A stretch of 63,910 bases of DNA, the filler included, from Myxococcota bacterium (GTDB lineage Bacteria > Myxococcota > Myxococcia > Myxococcales > Myxococcaceae): assembly GCA_049322255.1 (NCBI GenBank). It is 18 parts of 18 records of this genome, joined end to end, with 100 filler letters (N's around TTAATTAATTAA, not from the genome) between each part and the next. Parts side by side here need not be neighbours in the genome. Positions count along the whole stretch, not along the records: positions 40,311 to 43,772 come from JBMORE010000034.1; positions 43,873 to 46,971 come from JBMORE010000045.1; positions 47,072 to 50,018 come from JBMORE010000049.1; 15 more parts are not named here. One strand, 5' to 3'. The notes beneath the pieces were generated by a model that searched no databases, was not told the DNA's origin, and worked only from the letters and a program-made list of their open reading frames with translations. Positions within the stretch are counted from its first letter, which is position 1; every line of letters starts with the position of its first letter. Below, in pieces: positions 40,736-50,118 of the stretch. Both the position numbers and the translations under genes were made by a program.

Positions 40736-41272
40736 ATGAAGCGCCTTCTCGTGTGGGGAGCGATGTTCGGTGCGCTGGCGGCGAGCGCGCAGACCTCTCC
40801 GCGCAACCTGCACTCGTTGAGCGCCGATTCAATCGACGGCAAGCCGGTGCAGTTGTCGCGTTTTCGCGGCAAGACCCTGCTCATCGTCAACACCGCTTCG
40901 CAGTGCGGCCACACGCCGCAGTACGAAGGGCTGGAGACGCTCTACCAGCGTTACCGGGAGCGTGGATTCGAGGTGCTCGCCTTTCCCTCCAATGACTTCG
41001 GCGGGCAGGAACCGGGCTCCAACGCCGCGATCAAGAAATTCTGCGCCCTCAACTACAAAACCACCTTCCCCCTCTTCGCCAAGGTGAAGATGTCGCACCC
41101 GGTGTTTCGCTACCTGACCCAAGCCAAGGGATTCGAAGGCGAGGTGACGTGGAACTTCACCAAGTTCTTGGTGAGCCCCCACGGCGAGGTGGTGGCGCGC
41201 TTCGAGCCCCCGGTCGAGCCTTTGGACGAGGAGCTGGTGCACAAGCTCGAGGCCGCGCTACCGAAGCGCTGA
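40736..41272 (+). CDS. Glutathione peroxidase family (Cys-type), secreted
   Basis: VNTASQCGHTPQY; FPSNDFGGQEPG; FC resolving Cys; WNFTKFL; signal peptide. Confidence 0.93.
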   Translation: MKRLLVWGAMFGALAASAQTSPRNLHSLSADSIDGKPVQLSRFRGKTLLIVNTASQCGHTPQYEGLETLYQRYRERGFEVLAFPSNDFGGQEPGSNAAIKKFCALNYKTTFPLFAKVKMSHPVFRYLTQAKGFEGEVTWNFTKFLVSPHGEVVARFEPPVEPLDEELVHKLEAALPKR

Positions 41273-41282
41273 AAGCCTCTGC

Positions 41283-43652
41283 ATGAGCCGCTACGCCCAG
41301 AGCGGGCTGTCGGGGCTGTGGCGCCTCTTGAGCAAGAACGCCGATTACCGCCGGCTGTTCTTCGCCACCGTCGTCTCCTTCTTGGGCGACTGGTTCGCTT
41401 TCGTCGCGGTGAGTGGTTTCGTCACCGACGTCACCGGCCGCCCAGGCCTCGCCGCCGTCGTCTATGCCTGCTCGGTGCTTCCGGTGTTTCTCCTCTCACC
41501 GGTGGCGGGGATGATCGCCGATCGAATCGATCGCAAGCGGCTGCTCATCACCGCCGACCTGTTGCGCGTGCTCCCTGCGCTCGGTCTTTTGGGCGCGCTC
41601 GCGCTGGGCTCGGCGCCTTTGGCGATTCTCTGCGTCCTCTTGCTCGCCGCGCTCTCCACCTTCTTCGAACCCATCGCCGCCGCGGTGGTACCCAACCTCG
41701 TTGCACCCGAAGATCTCTCTGTCGGCCAGGCCGCCCTCTCCGGCGTGTGGGGCACCATGCTCTTCGTCGGCGCCGCGCTGGGGGGAGTGATTTCCGCCTC
41801 CCTGGGCCGCGAGGCGAGCATTCTCTTCAACGCCCTCACCTTCCTCGTCTCGGCCTTTTTGGTGGCGGGCATCCGCCGCCCGATGCAGGAGCGGCTGGGG
41901 TTGGCGTCGTACCAGGGCTTGGCCCAACTGTGGAACCTGGCCAGGCAGAGCCAAGTGACACGCTCGCTGCTTTTCACCAAGGCCGGCGTCGGGTTAGCCA
42001 ATGGAATCATCGGCCTTTTGCCCGCGTATGCGGTGACACGGTTCGGTGGCGGTGACGCGGGGGTGGGCGCCCTGCTTGCGGCGCGCGGCTTGGGGGCGCT
42101 GGTCGGACCCTTCGTCGGCCACTGGCTGGTACGCGGTGATGGGCGCAGGCTTTTCCTCGTCTGCGGGGGAGCCATCCTCCTGTACGGAGCGGCCTACGTC
42201 TTCCTCCCGCTGGCGGCGTCGCTGCCATGGGCGGTTGTCTGCATCATGCTCGCCCACCTGGGCGGCGGCGCGCAGTGGGTGCTCTCGACGTTCGGGCTGC
42301 AGGTCTCGACCCCCGACGCCTTGCGCGGGCGCGTCTTGAGCTTGGACTTCGGCTTGGCGACCTTGTCGATCGGCGTCTCCTCGCTCGCCGCCGGAGGCGC
42401 CGCCGAAGTGGTCGGCCTCGACGCTGCGTCGAGAACCCTGGCGGTGGTGGCGCTCATCTACGGGGTGTCGTGGCTTCTGTGGACACGGCGCTTGTGGCGA
42501 GGCCAACGCGATCCGCTGCGACACTTCCAGCGTTCGATGCGCGTCCTCGTCGCGCCTCAGGAGCTCAAAGGCACCCTCACCGCCGCCGAAGCGGCCCAGG
42601 CGATCGCGACGGGCCTTCGCGCAGCACGACCTGAATGGTCGCTCGATCTCGCCAGCCTCGCCGACGGAGGCCCGGGCACCGTCGATGTCCTCGTCTTTGC
42701 AAAACAGGGCGAGCGGCGCCGCACCCGCGTTCACGATCCGCTCGGCCGCCCACTCGACGCCAGCTGGGGGCTCATCGACGGCGGCGAGGCTGCCGTCATC
42801 GAGATGGCCGCAGCCTCCGGGCTCTCGTCGACGAAAGAGAACGAACGAGATCCTTTGCGCGCCAACACCTTCGGCACCGGAGAGTTGATTCGCGCGGCCC
42901 TCGACGCTGGCTGCCGGCGCATCTTCCTGGGAGCAGGAGGCAGCGCCACCACCGACGGAGGCATGGGTGCTGCTTGCGCCCTAGGGGTGCGCTTCCTCGA
43001 CGCCCAGGGAGGTCCGCTTCCGCCTGAGCCCCGGGCGCTGCAACACCTCGCCGCCGTCGACGTGCGCGAACGCGACCCCAGGCTCGAGGGCGTCGAGCTG
43101 ACGGTGCTGGCCGACGTGCAAAACCCGCTCTTGGGAAAAGAAGGCGCCGCCCATGTCTACGGGCCGCAGAAAGGCGCCACGCCCGAGCAAGTCAACGAGC
43201 TCGAGGCGCTGTTGACGCACCTGGTTCGCGTGGCGCGTCAAACATCGCTCGCGCAGCAACCGGCCACCGGCGCCGCGGGAGGTTTACCGTTCGCTCTGGC
43301 GGCATTCTGCGGGGCGTCGATTCGCCCTGGGTTCGATGTCGTCGCCGAAGCGCTGCAGCTGGAAAAGCGCGTGAAGGACGCCGACCTGGTCATCACCGGC
43401 GAAGGGAGGCTCGATGCGCAGACCTCGTACCTCAAGGGCCCCTATGCCCTGGCTCGGCTGGCAAAGGGACAGCACAAGCGCGTGGTGTTGTTCGCCGGCA
43501 CGGTGGCCAAACCTGCCCAGGCGATGGAGGTGTTCGACGAGGTTCATGCGGTCACTCCCGAGCAGCTGACTCCCGGCGAGATCAAGGCTCGGGCAGGCGA
43601 GCTGCTCAAGGCCGCGGTGGAAAAGTGGGCCAGCTCGAGCCACCAGGCCTAG
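41283..43652 (+). CDS. MFS transporter fused in frame to glycerate kinase (GlxK/GarK family)
   Basis: aa 1-~410 MFS (SFLGDWF, ADRIDRKR); from ATG 42537 MRVLVAPQELKGTL, ADGGPGT, GGSATTDGG, YGPQKGA, GAAGG, ITGEGRLD; no stop between. Confidence 0.85.
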   Translation: MSRYAQSGLSGLWRLLSKNADYRRLFFATVVSFLGDWFAFVAVSGFVTDVTGRPGLAAVVYACSVLPVFLLSPVAGMIADRIDRKRLLITADLLRVLPALGLLGALALGSAPLAILCVLLLAALSTFFEPIAAAVVPNLVAPEDLSVGQAALSGVWGTMLFVGAALGGVISASLGREASILFNALTFLVSAFLVAGIRRPMQERLGLASYQGLAQLWNLARQSQVTRSLLFTKAGVGLANGIIGLLPAYAVTRFGGGDAGVGALLAARGLGALVGPFVGHWLVRGDGRRLFLVCGGAILLYGAAYVFLPLAASLPWAVVCIMLAHLGGGAQWVLSTFGLQVSTPDALRGRVLSLDFGLATLSIGVSSLAAGGAAEVVGLDAASRTLAVVALIYGVSWLLWTRRLWRGQRDPLRHFQRSMRVLVAPQELKGTLTAAEAAQAIATGLRAARPEWSLDLASLADGGPGTVDVLVFAKQGERRRTRVHDPLGRPLDASWGLIDGGEAAVIEMAAASGLSSTKENERDPLRANTFGTGELIRAALDAGCRRIFLGAGGSATTDGGMGAACALGVRFLDAQGGPLPPEPRALQHLAAVDVRERDPRLEGVELTVLADVQNPLLGKEGAAHVYGPQKGATPEQVNELEALLTHLVRVARQTSLAQQPATGAAGGLPFALAAFCGASIRPGFDVVAEALQLEKRVKDADLVITGEGRLDAQTSYLKGPYALARLAKGQHKRVVLFAGTVAKPAQAMEVFDEVHAVTPEQLTPGEIKARAGELLKAAVEKWASSSHQA

Positions 43653-43772
43653 AGAGCTGACCCGGTTAGGTCGAGTGAGGCGAGGGCCCGAAGGTTGACG
43701 AGGGCGGCATGTCGTCGTTGGTCGAAGAGGTTCTTCCGGATGCCGCGGTAACGGGCTCGCTTCCCTGAGCGG
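43649..43772 (-). mobile_element. IS1182-family transposase 3' end and terminus
   Basis: Minus strand reads RSGKRARYRGIRKNLFDQRRHAALVNLRALASLDLTGSAL*; ends in CTAG shared with the glycerate kinase stop; contig breaks inside it. Confidence 0.7.
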
Positions 43773-43901
43773 NNNNNNNNNNNNNNNNNNNNNNNNNNNN
43801 NNNNNNNNNNNNNNNNTTAATTAATTAANNNNNNNNNNNNNNNNNNNNNNNNNNNNNNNNNNNNNNNNNNNNATGCTGCTTCGCCGACGCCTGAAGAAGC
43901 G

Positions 43902-45731
43902 CTACGGGCCTCCGCCGTGCCCGTCGAGCTTGGCGGCGGTGCTGCACGATGAGCCATCATCGACGAAGGCCACCCGCCCGGGCTTGGGCGCCACCAAGGG
44001 CTTCTTCGCCTTCTGCCAGTGGGCGACCATCGCTTCGCGGAAGTTGAGCGCTCGGCTCTCCCCCAAATCGATGCGCCCGGGGGGCAAGGCGGAGAGTACC
44101 GCGCCCAGCCCGTCTCCCCCGCGAGCGAGAAAGTCAGGCAGCGTCACCCGGTAGCGCCGTTGGGGCTCAATCGCCTTGCCGTCGACGAGCGTCACCGCCC
44201 GTAGCCGATCGTGCCCCGGGCAGCGCGACAGCGACACCTGCAAGCCCGACACCTGAAAGACGCCCTTGCGCGAGCCGTAGGCGGCATGGAGCAGGCGGCG
44301 CAGCTCCTCTCCGGTGAGGGTGACGTTGGCCACCGTGTTGTCGAAGGGGAGCACCTCGTAAATCGCCCCGTAGGTGAGCTCGCCGGCGTGCAGGTCGGCG
44401 CGCAACCCACCGCTGTTGAGCAGCGCCACGTCGGACTTTTCCATCGCGCGCAAGGAGTCGGCGAGGAAGCTTCCCAGCGCGCTCTCCGCTTCGTAGTTGC
44501 GCCCCATCGTCGCCGGCACGGTGAGCCCGAGCGCTCGCCGCTGCTCCTTCTCCACCCTGTTCAGCGCCGGCCTGATGAGCTCGGCAATGCCCGAGTCGGG
44601 CACCACCGGTTTCCCCAGGAAGGTCGCCGGCAGAAGCTTCACCCCACGCTGCTCCTTGAGCTTTCGCGCCTCGCAGCCGCCGCTCACCGTGTCCACCATG
44701 GTGCAGATGGGAATGGCCGCGCGCAGGATGGTCTTCTCCTCCAGCACCACCTTTTTCTTCAGGTCGAGGTAGAGGTCGATGGTGGAGAAGTAGCGCCCCA
44801 AGCCCCAGGTCTCCACCACCGGGGTTCCGTTCACCAAGTGGCCAATCACCGAGTGGGTGTGGCCGGCGATGACCGCATCGAAGGTCTTGGGCGGCAGCCC
44901 TTGCAGCGCCTCGAAGATTTCCCCGCTCTTCACGTCGCAGCTGGCCAAGTCCTTGGGGTTGTCGGTGGAGGCGCACTTGCCCCCGGCGTGCGCCAAACCC
45001 ACCACCAGGTGAGCTCCCTTGGCGCGAAGCCGCTGCGAGGCCGCCAGCGCCTCGGGCACCAGGCTCCCGAAGCGCAGGGAGCTCACGTTCACCGGGTTGG
45101 TGACGGTGGGCGTGGTGGGAGTGATGAGCCCGACGATGCCCACCTTCACCTTCTTCACCTCGAGCATCACCGTACCGTCGTTGAGCAGCCACGCGGGCCG
45201 GGCGCCGGTGGAGGCGTCGTAGATGTTCACCGCCAGGAGCGGAAACTTGGCCTGCTTAAGACGCGCTTTGAGGGCGCCGAACGGGTCCATCCCCGGCTGG
45301 ACCACCGAGACCGGCCCTTGCGGCCCGTAGTCGAACTCGTGGTTGCCGATCGCCGCCGCCTGGTAGCCGAGCGCGTTGAAGGCGTCGACGACCACCTCGC
45401 CCTCGGTGAGGTTTGAGACCAGCGTGCCCTGAAAGATGTCTCCCGCGTCGAGCAGCACCACGCCGCCGGGGTTGGCTTCGCGGAGAATCTTCAAGTAGCC
45501 GGCGAAGGTCGCCACCCCGCCCTGGGTGACTTCGCCGCCGTCGGCAAGCCTGGTGACGTGCGGCGCCACCCACCCGTGCACGTCATTGGTCCCCACCAAG
45601 GTGATGCGCAGGGCCTCGGCGGGTGCCCCCTCCCCCTCGTGGTTTCCTGCCGGAGCTCCGCCGGCGCCGTTGGGCGTCTTGCAGGAGAGCGCGGCGACGA
45701 CGAGGTAGAGGCAGGCGCGAAAGAAAGACAT
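43902..45731 (-). CDS. Bifunctional metallophosphoesterase / 5'-nucleotidase lipoprotein
   Basis: Lipobox LSC; TNDVHG; DAGD; GNHEFD; GHTH; NSGGLRA; LPFDN; DFLARGGDG. Confidence 0.93.
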   Translation of the reverse strand: MSFFRACLYLVVAALSCKTPNGAGGAPAGNHEGEGAPAEALRITLVGTNDVHGWVAPHVTRLADGGEVTQGGVATFAGYLKILREANPGGVVLLDAGDIFQGTLVSNLTEGEVVVDAFNALGYQAAAIGNHEFDYGPQGPVSVVQPGMDPFGALKARLKQAKFPLLAVNIYDASTGARPAWLLNDGTVMLEVKKVKVGIVGLITPTTPTVTNPVNVSSLRFGSLVPEALAASQRLRAKGAHLVVGLAHAGGKCASTDNPKDLASCDVKSGEIFEALQGLPPKTFDAVIAGHTHSVIGHLVNGTPVVETWGLGRYFSTIDLYLDLKKKVVLEEKTILRAAIPICTMVDTVSGGCEARKLKEQRGVKLLPATFLGKPVVPDSGIAELIRPALNRVEKEQRRALGLTVPATMGRNYEAESALGSFLADSLRAMEKSDVALLNSGGLRADLHAGELTYGAIYEVLPFDNTVANVTLTGEELRRLLHAAYGSRKGVFQVSGLQVSLSRCPGHDRLRAVTLVDGKAIEPQRRYRVTLPDFLARGGDGLGAVLSALPPGRIDLGESRALNFREAMVAHWQKAKKPLVAPKPGRVAFVDDGSSCSTAAKLDGHGGGP

Positions 45732-45768
45732 CGAGGAGGATGAACCAACGCAAAAATTCGGCGCCATT

Positions 45769-46971
45769 TCAACCCCGGCGCCGGGTTTTGGCCCAGAAGA
45801 CCAAAAGCACGAGCACCGTCACCGCTCCCGCCGCCGCCGAGCCGCCACCACAGCCGCAGCCGCCCTCCTCTTCCGGAGGCAGCGAGGTGCCAGGGCCTAC
45901 GAAGCTACCTCCGCCCCCGCCGGGCCGCCCACCGTCCAGCCCCCCGTCGAAGAGGCCTCCATCGCCCTCGCGCGCATCGAAGAGCGTGTCGATCTCCAGC
46001 GGGGGCACGCCGGCGTCGGCAATCGACTGCCAGGGCACCAGCTTGAAGTTGGGGCGGGTGACGTTGAAGACGTCGTGGGCGACGAACAGGCCCTGGGGAA
46101 ACTGGGCGTTGAGGGGAAGGTTGGTGACCTCGATGCCGGTGTTGCCCGCGACGCCTCCGATGCCGCCGTCGGGGTGGGGGACGACTTGGAACTTGAGGCG
46201 GAAAGCGTGCGGCGGGTTTCGCTCGTAGACGACGAAGCTGTCATCGCCCCGGCTGGAGACGATGAGGTACCCACCGCCGTCACGGGTGGAGTAGAGCGCG
46301 ACCGCCTGCAGGGGCTGCACCAGCCGCCCGCCGTCGAAGGAGTCGATGAGCACCCCGGTGTCGCCCCCGTCGGGCTCGGCGTCGAAGCGCCACAGGCCAA
46401 CGCCTCGCTCAGTGACGAACAACCACCGGTGCCGATCATCGGCCACCAGCGACGAGGGGTCGGTCAACCCCGACAGCTCCCGCACCCGGCGGGCGTCGAC
46501 CAAGCCGGCGTCGGCGAAGAGCTGCCACTGGCGCACGAAGGTGCCTCCGCTCACGAAGGCGTAAAAACGGCGGTCGAGGGGGCTCACGTAGAGCGCGGTG
46601 CCGGTGGGCACGAGGTTGGTGAGCACCGAGCGCGCCGCCACGTTGAACATGCGGCGGGTGCCGGCATCGACCGAGAGAAACCCCAGCACTCCCGTGGACA
46701 GCTCACTGTAGGCGATGAGCGGGGAGGGCCCACCGTCGAGGGGGAAACCGTAACGCACGTCGATCGCCGCCGTCGGCCCCTGGAAGAGGAACTGCTCCTG
46801 CCCGCCATCTAAGTTCCAGGAGAAGATGCCGCCGCCGATTTCGTCGGTGCCCAGAATGAGGCTCTGCGAAAGGTCGTGGGGGTGGAGCCAAATCGCCGGG
46901 TCGTGCAGCGACTGTCCCGCGGTGGGCACCGGCTGGGTTTCGCCCGTGGCCAACACCGGGGCTTGCGCCCA
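45769..46971 (-). CDS. MYXO-CTERM-anchored beta-propeller phytase-like protein (5'-truncated)
   Basis: DPAIW; IDVRYGF; GYLIVSS; FPQGLFVA; NFKLVPW; GGCGC + TM + RRRG. Confidence 0.85.
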   Translation of the reverse strand, partial: WAQAPVLATGETQPVPTAGQSLHDPAIWLHPHDLSQSLILGTDEIGGGIFSWNLDGGQEQFLFQGPTAAIDVRYGFPLDGGPSPLIAYSELSTGVLGFLSVDAGTRRMFNVAARSVLTNLVPTGTALYVSPLDRRFYAFVSGGTFVRQWQLFADAGLVDARRVRELSGLTDPSSLVADDRHRWLFVTERGVGLWRFDAEPDGGDTGVLIDSFDGGRLVQPLQAVALYSTRDGGGYLIVSSRGDDSFVVYERNPPHAFRLKFQVVPHPDGGIGGVAGNTGIEVTNLPLNAQFPQGLFVAHDVFNVTRPNFKLVPWQSIADAGVPPLEIDTLFDAREGDGGLFDGGLDGGRPGGGGGSFVGPGTSLPPEEEGGCGCGGGSAAAGAVTVLVLLVFWAKTRRRG

Positions 46972-47071
46972 NNNNNNNNNNNNNNNNNNNNNNNNNNNNN
47001 NNNNNNNNNNNNNNNTTAATTAATTAANNNNNNNNNNNNNNNNNNNNNNNNNNNNNNNNNNNNNNNNNNNN

Positions 47072-47257
47072 ATGGCCGAACCCAGTCAACAACCGCTTCC
47101 TCAAGACCCCAGCCAGCAGCCGGGCGGAGACCCGGGCCTGGAGTTCGGCCCCCGGGCGCCCTCGATGCCGCAGTACTTCTTGGGTTACGCGGTGGTGTTC
47201 GGCGCGGTGGTAGGCTTTGCGCTCCTGCTCGTCTTGCTGATGAAGGTGTTGCGGTAA
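47072..47257 (+). CDS. Small membrane protein
   Basis: Pro/Gln-rich N-terminus and one TM; starts at the contig edge. Confidence 0.45.
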   Translation: MAEPSQQPLPQDPSQQPGGDPGLEFGPRAPSMPQYFLGYAVVFGAVVGFALLLVLLMKVLR

Positions 47258-47283
47258 GGACGCGCTGCTCACCACCTTAGGTG

Positions 47284-47607
47284 CTAGAGCGCGCTGCTCT
47301 CCACGAACGTAGTCAAGCGCGCAAGATCATCTTGCCCCAACCGCAGGAAACGAATTCCCATCCCGGCTCCGTCAGCATAGGCGTGGTGGTAGCGGACCTC
47401 TCCCAGGGCAGAGACAGCCCCGCTGCCTGGCAGCTGAAGCTCGAGCTGCACGGAGCTGCCCACCGGGAGCGCGGGGCCGGTGAAGAACAGCCCGCCGAGG
47501 GAGATGTTGCGGCAGATGCCGCGCAGCGGCCCTTTGGGGCCCTCCGCCTTCGCGGCGCCACCGCAGAGGATGCGGAGGTTGCGTCGATTGGTGATTTTCC
47601 CAGCCAT
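47284..47607 (-). CDS. PilZ-domain protein
   Basis: RRNLR and NISLGG c-di-GMP motifs; GMGIRF. Confidence 0.85.
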   Translation of the reverse strand: MAGKITNRRNLRILCGGAAKAEGPKGPLRGICRNISLGGLFFTGPALPVGSSVQLELQLPGSGAVSALGEVRYHHAYADGAGMGIRFLRLGQDDLARLTTFVESSAL

Positions 47608-47695
47608 CGGCCCAGAGCCTTCAACAAGTGCATCATCGTCGCAACCCTACCCGCCCGCACAGCGGCCCACAGGTGCGACGGAGCGGACGAGCGCC

Positions 47696-48010
47696 TCACA
47701 GCTCGGCGAGCCGGCGCTCGATGTCGGCGGCAAGGCTGGCGTCTTTCGTTCCGTGCGGGGTCTTCAGCGCGAGCCGGTAGGCTTCCTTGGCACGCATCGA
47801 GTCACCGCCGCCTGCCGCCGCGTCGCCCAACGCCACCCAGGCGGCGGCATAGTGGGGGTCGAGCCGCACCGCCTCCTCCATGCATTTGACAGCGGCGGAC
47901 CAGTTTTGCGCGTCGAGGTAGTACTTGCCCAAAGAGAAGTGCCCCATCGGCGAGTCGGGGAAGGCCTTCACCAGCCTCTCGAGTTGCTTGACGCGGTCGG
48001 TGCTCACCAC
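47696..48010 (-). CDS. Small TPR protein
   Basis: FPDSPMGHFSLG; LDPHYAAAWVALG. Confidence 0.75.
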   Translation of the reverse strand: MVSTDRVKQLERLVKAFPDSPMGHFSLGKYYLDAQNWSAAVKCMEEAVRLDPHYAAAWVALGDAAAGGGDSMRAKEAYRLALKTPHGTKDASLAADIERRLAEL

Positions 48011-48741
48011 TGAGCTCCCACGCGCAGCGCCCCTGACGCAACAGGAACGATGGTGGAACCCGATGCCAGCGAAGGGCTCCAGTCACCGTTGACGGAAAAC
48101 ACATACGACAGGCGCGCGGCAAGAAGGCGTACCGAGAGAGCAAGATTCACCCCGTGCGCCGGTTGGCCGCCCAACGCTTCCACCGAGTAAGTCGCTAGTG
48201 CTTCCAACTCGCTGGACGGCCCCGACCTCCACGTGCCTTGAACCTGCCACGAACCGCCGTAGCCAAAGTCCAGCCCTCCAACAAACATGCCTGAGTACAC
48301 GCTGCCTCGCGGGCCGGCAAAGAGCGCGAGCGACAGGGAGTCTCCTCCTTGAACCGTCATGCCGAAGAGGGCGGCAAGATGCGAAGAGCCCCGTTGCCCT
48401 GTGCATCCCTCCGACCAGCCGTTGCTAAACCACTGCACGCGGTAGCGCCAAGGTGAAGCACCCATGTGGCTATCGACTCGGCCCGCAGCCGCCAGGGTGA
48501 TGGGCGGGGCGAAGGTAGTGGGGTCGAGAAGAAGGCCGATGCCACCTTCAAGGCGCCATTCGCGCTCGGAGGCGAGCAGCGCGGTGGTGGAGGCAGCTCC
48601 CCAGGCAAGTCCTCCCAACAGGAGGGCGGGCAAGTCGGGCGCAACCGGGGGACAGGGCTGCGACGCGGGCGCACGACCCGGCAACAGGAGGCAAGCGCAA
48701 AACAGGACAAGAGACCCGGCCTTCGAGGTTGCGTATCTCAT
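48004..48741 (-). CDS. Secreted/outer-membrane hypothetical protein
   Basis: Signal-like N-terminus; beta-rich; ends GALRVGAQW; atypical codon usage. Confidence 0.5.
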   Translation of the reverse strand: MRYATSKAGSLVLFCACLLLPGRAPASQPCPPVAPDLPALLLGGLAWGAASTTALLASEREWRLEGGIGLLLDPTTFAPPITLAAAGRVDSHMGASPWRYRVQWFSNGWSEGCTGQRGSSHLAALFGMTVQGGDSLSLALFAGPRGSVYSGMFVGGLDFGYGGSWQVQGTWRSGPSSELEALATYSVEALGGQPAHGVNLALSVRLLAARLSYVFSVNGDWSPSLASGSTIVPVASGALRVGAQW

Positions 48742-48779
48742 GGGCAGCAGCGCGTCTCATGTTACACCCCCCCTCTGGG

Positions 48780-50018
48780 ATGAGCTCGCTTCGACCGCTG
48801 GCCCAGGCTGCCAAGACCGCCGCCCACATGGTGGCGCTCGCCGACACGCGCACCAAGGATGCGGCGCTGAAGGCGATGGCGGAGGCGCTGCGAGCGCAGG
48901 CGAAACTCATCGTGCGCGAGAACGCAGCCGACCTCGCCGTGGCGAAGAAAGAGAAGAAGAACGCCGCCTTCCTCGACCGCCTGCGGCTCAACGAGCAACG
49001 CATCGAAGCGATGGCTCGCGCGGTGGAGGACATCGCCGCGCTCCCCGACCCAGTGGGTGAGGTGGTCTCCACCTGGCGCCGTCCCAACGGGCTTGTCGTG
49101 CAGAAGGTGCGCCTGCCCTTGGGGGTGGTGCTGATGATTTACGAGTCGCGGCCCAACGTGACTTCCGATGCGGCGGCGCTGTGCCTCAAGAGCGGCAACG
49201 CGGTCATCTTGCGCGGCGGAAAGGAAGCCTTGCGCACCAACCGAGCCATCGCCGCCGCACTGGGCAAGGGCCTTTCCACCGCCGGCTTGCCCCAAGATGC
49301 GGTACAGCTGGTGCCCTCGGTGGCGCACGAGGCGCTGCTGGAGCTGCTCACCTTCGAGGGGCTCATCGACCTGTGCATTCCCCGCGGGGGAGAGAGCCTC
49401 ATTCGCTTCGTCGCCGAGCACGCGCGCGTACCGGTGGTGAAGCACTACCGGGGCGTGTGCCACGTCTACGTGCACCGCTCGGCAGACTTGGAGATGGCGG
49501 AGCGAATCATCTTGAACGCCAAGGCCAGCCGCCCGGGAGTGTGCAACGCCGCCGAGTGCCTGTTGGTGGACCGCTCGGTGGCGACGCCTTTTCTGCCTGC
49601 CGCGGGACGGACGCTGGTGAAAGCAGGGGTGGAGCTGCGCGGCTGCCCCACCACGGTGACACTGCTTCGTCGCGCAAAGGTGCCGGTGACGCCGGCCCGG
49701 GAAGACGACTACGGCCGCGAGTTTCTCGACTACATCCTCGCGGTGCGAGTGGTGAAAGACTTGGACACCGCGTTGGGGCACATCGCCCGCTTCGGCTCGG
49801 AGCACACCGAAGCCATCGTCACCAACGAGCTGACCGCCGCCGAGCGCTTTTCACGCGAGGTGACTGCCTCGGCGGTGATGGTCAACGCCTCCACCCGCTT
49901 CAACGACGGGGGCGAGCTGGGCCTGGGAGCGGAAATCGGCATCTCCACCTCGCGCTTGCACGCCTTCGGGCCGATGGGGCTGCGTGAGCTCACCGCCCAG
50001 AAGTACGTCGTCCAAGGT
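48780..50018 (+). CDS. proA: Gamma-glutamyl phosphate reductase (3'-truncated)
   Basis: [57 protein letters not shown]. Confidence 0.97.
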
Positions 50019-50118
50019 NNNNNNNNNNNNNNNNNNNNNNNNNNNNNNNNNNNNNNNNNNNNTTAATTAATTAANNNNNNNNNNNNNNNNNNNNNNNNNN
50101 NNNNNNNNNNNNNNNNNN

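Noticed and set aside
40736..41272. Selenocysteine in the glutathione peroxidase
   Set aside because: The active-site codon is TGC (Cys); there is no in-frame TGA.
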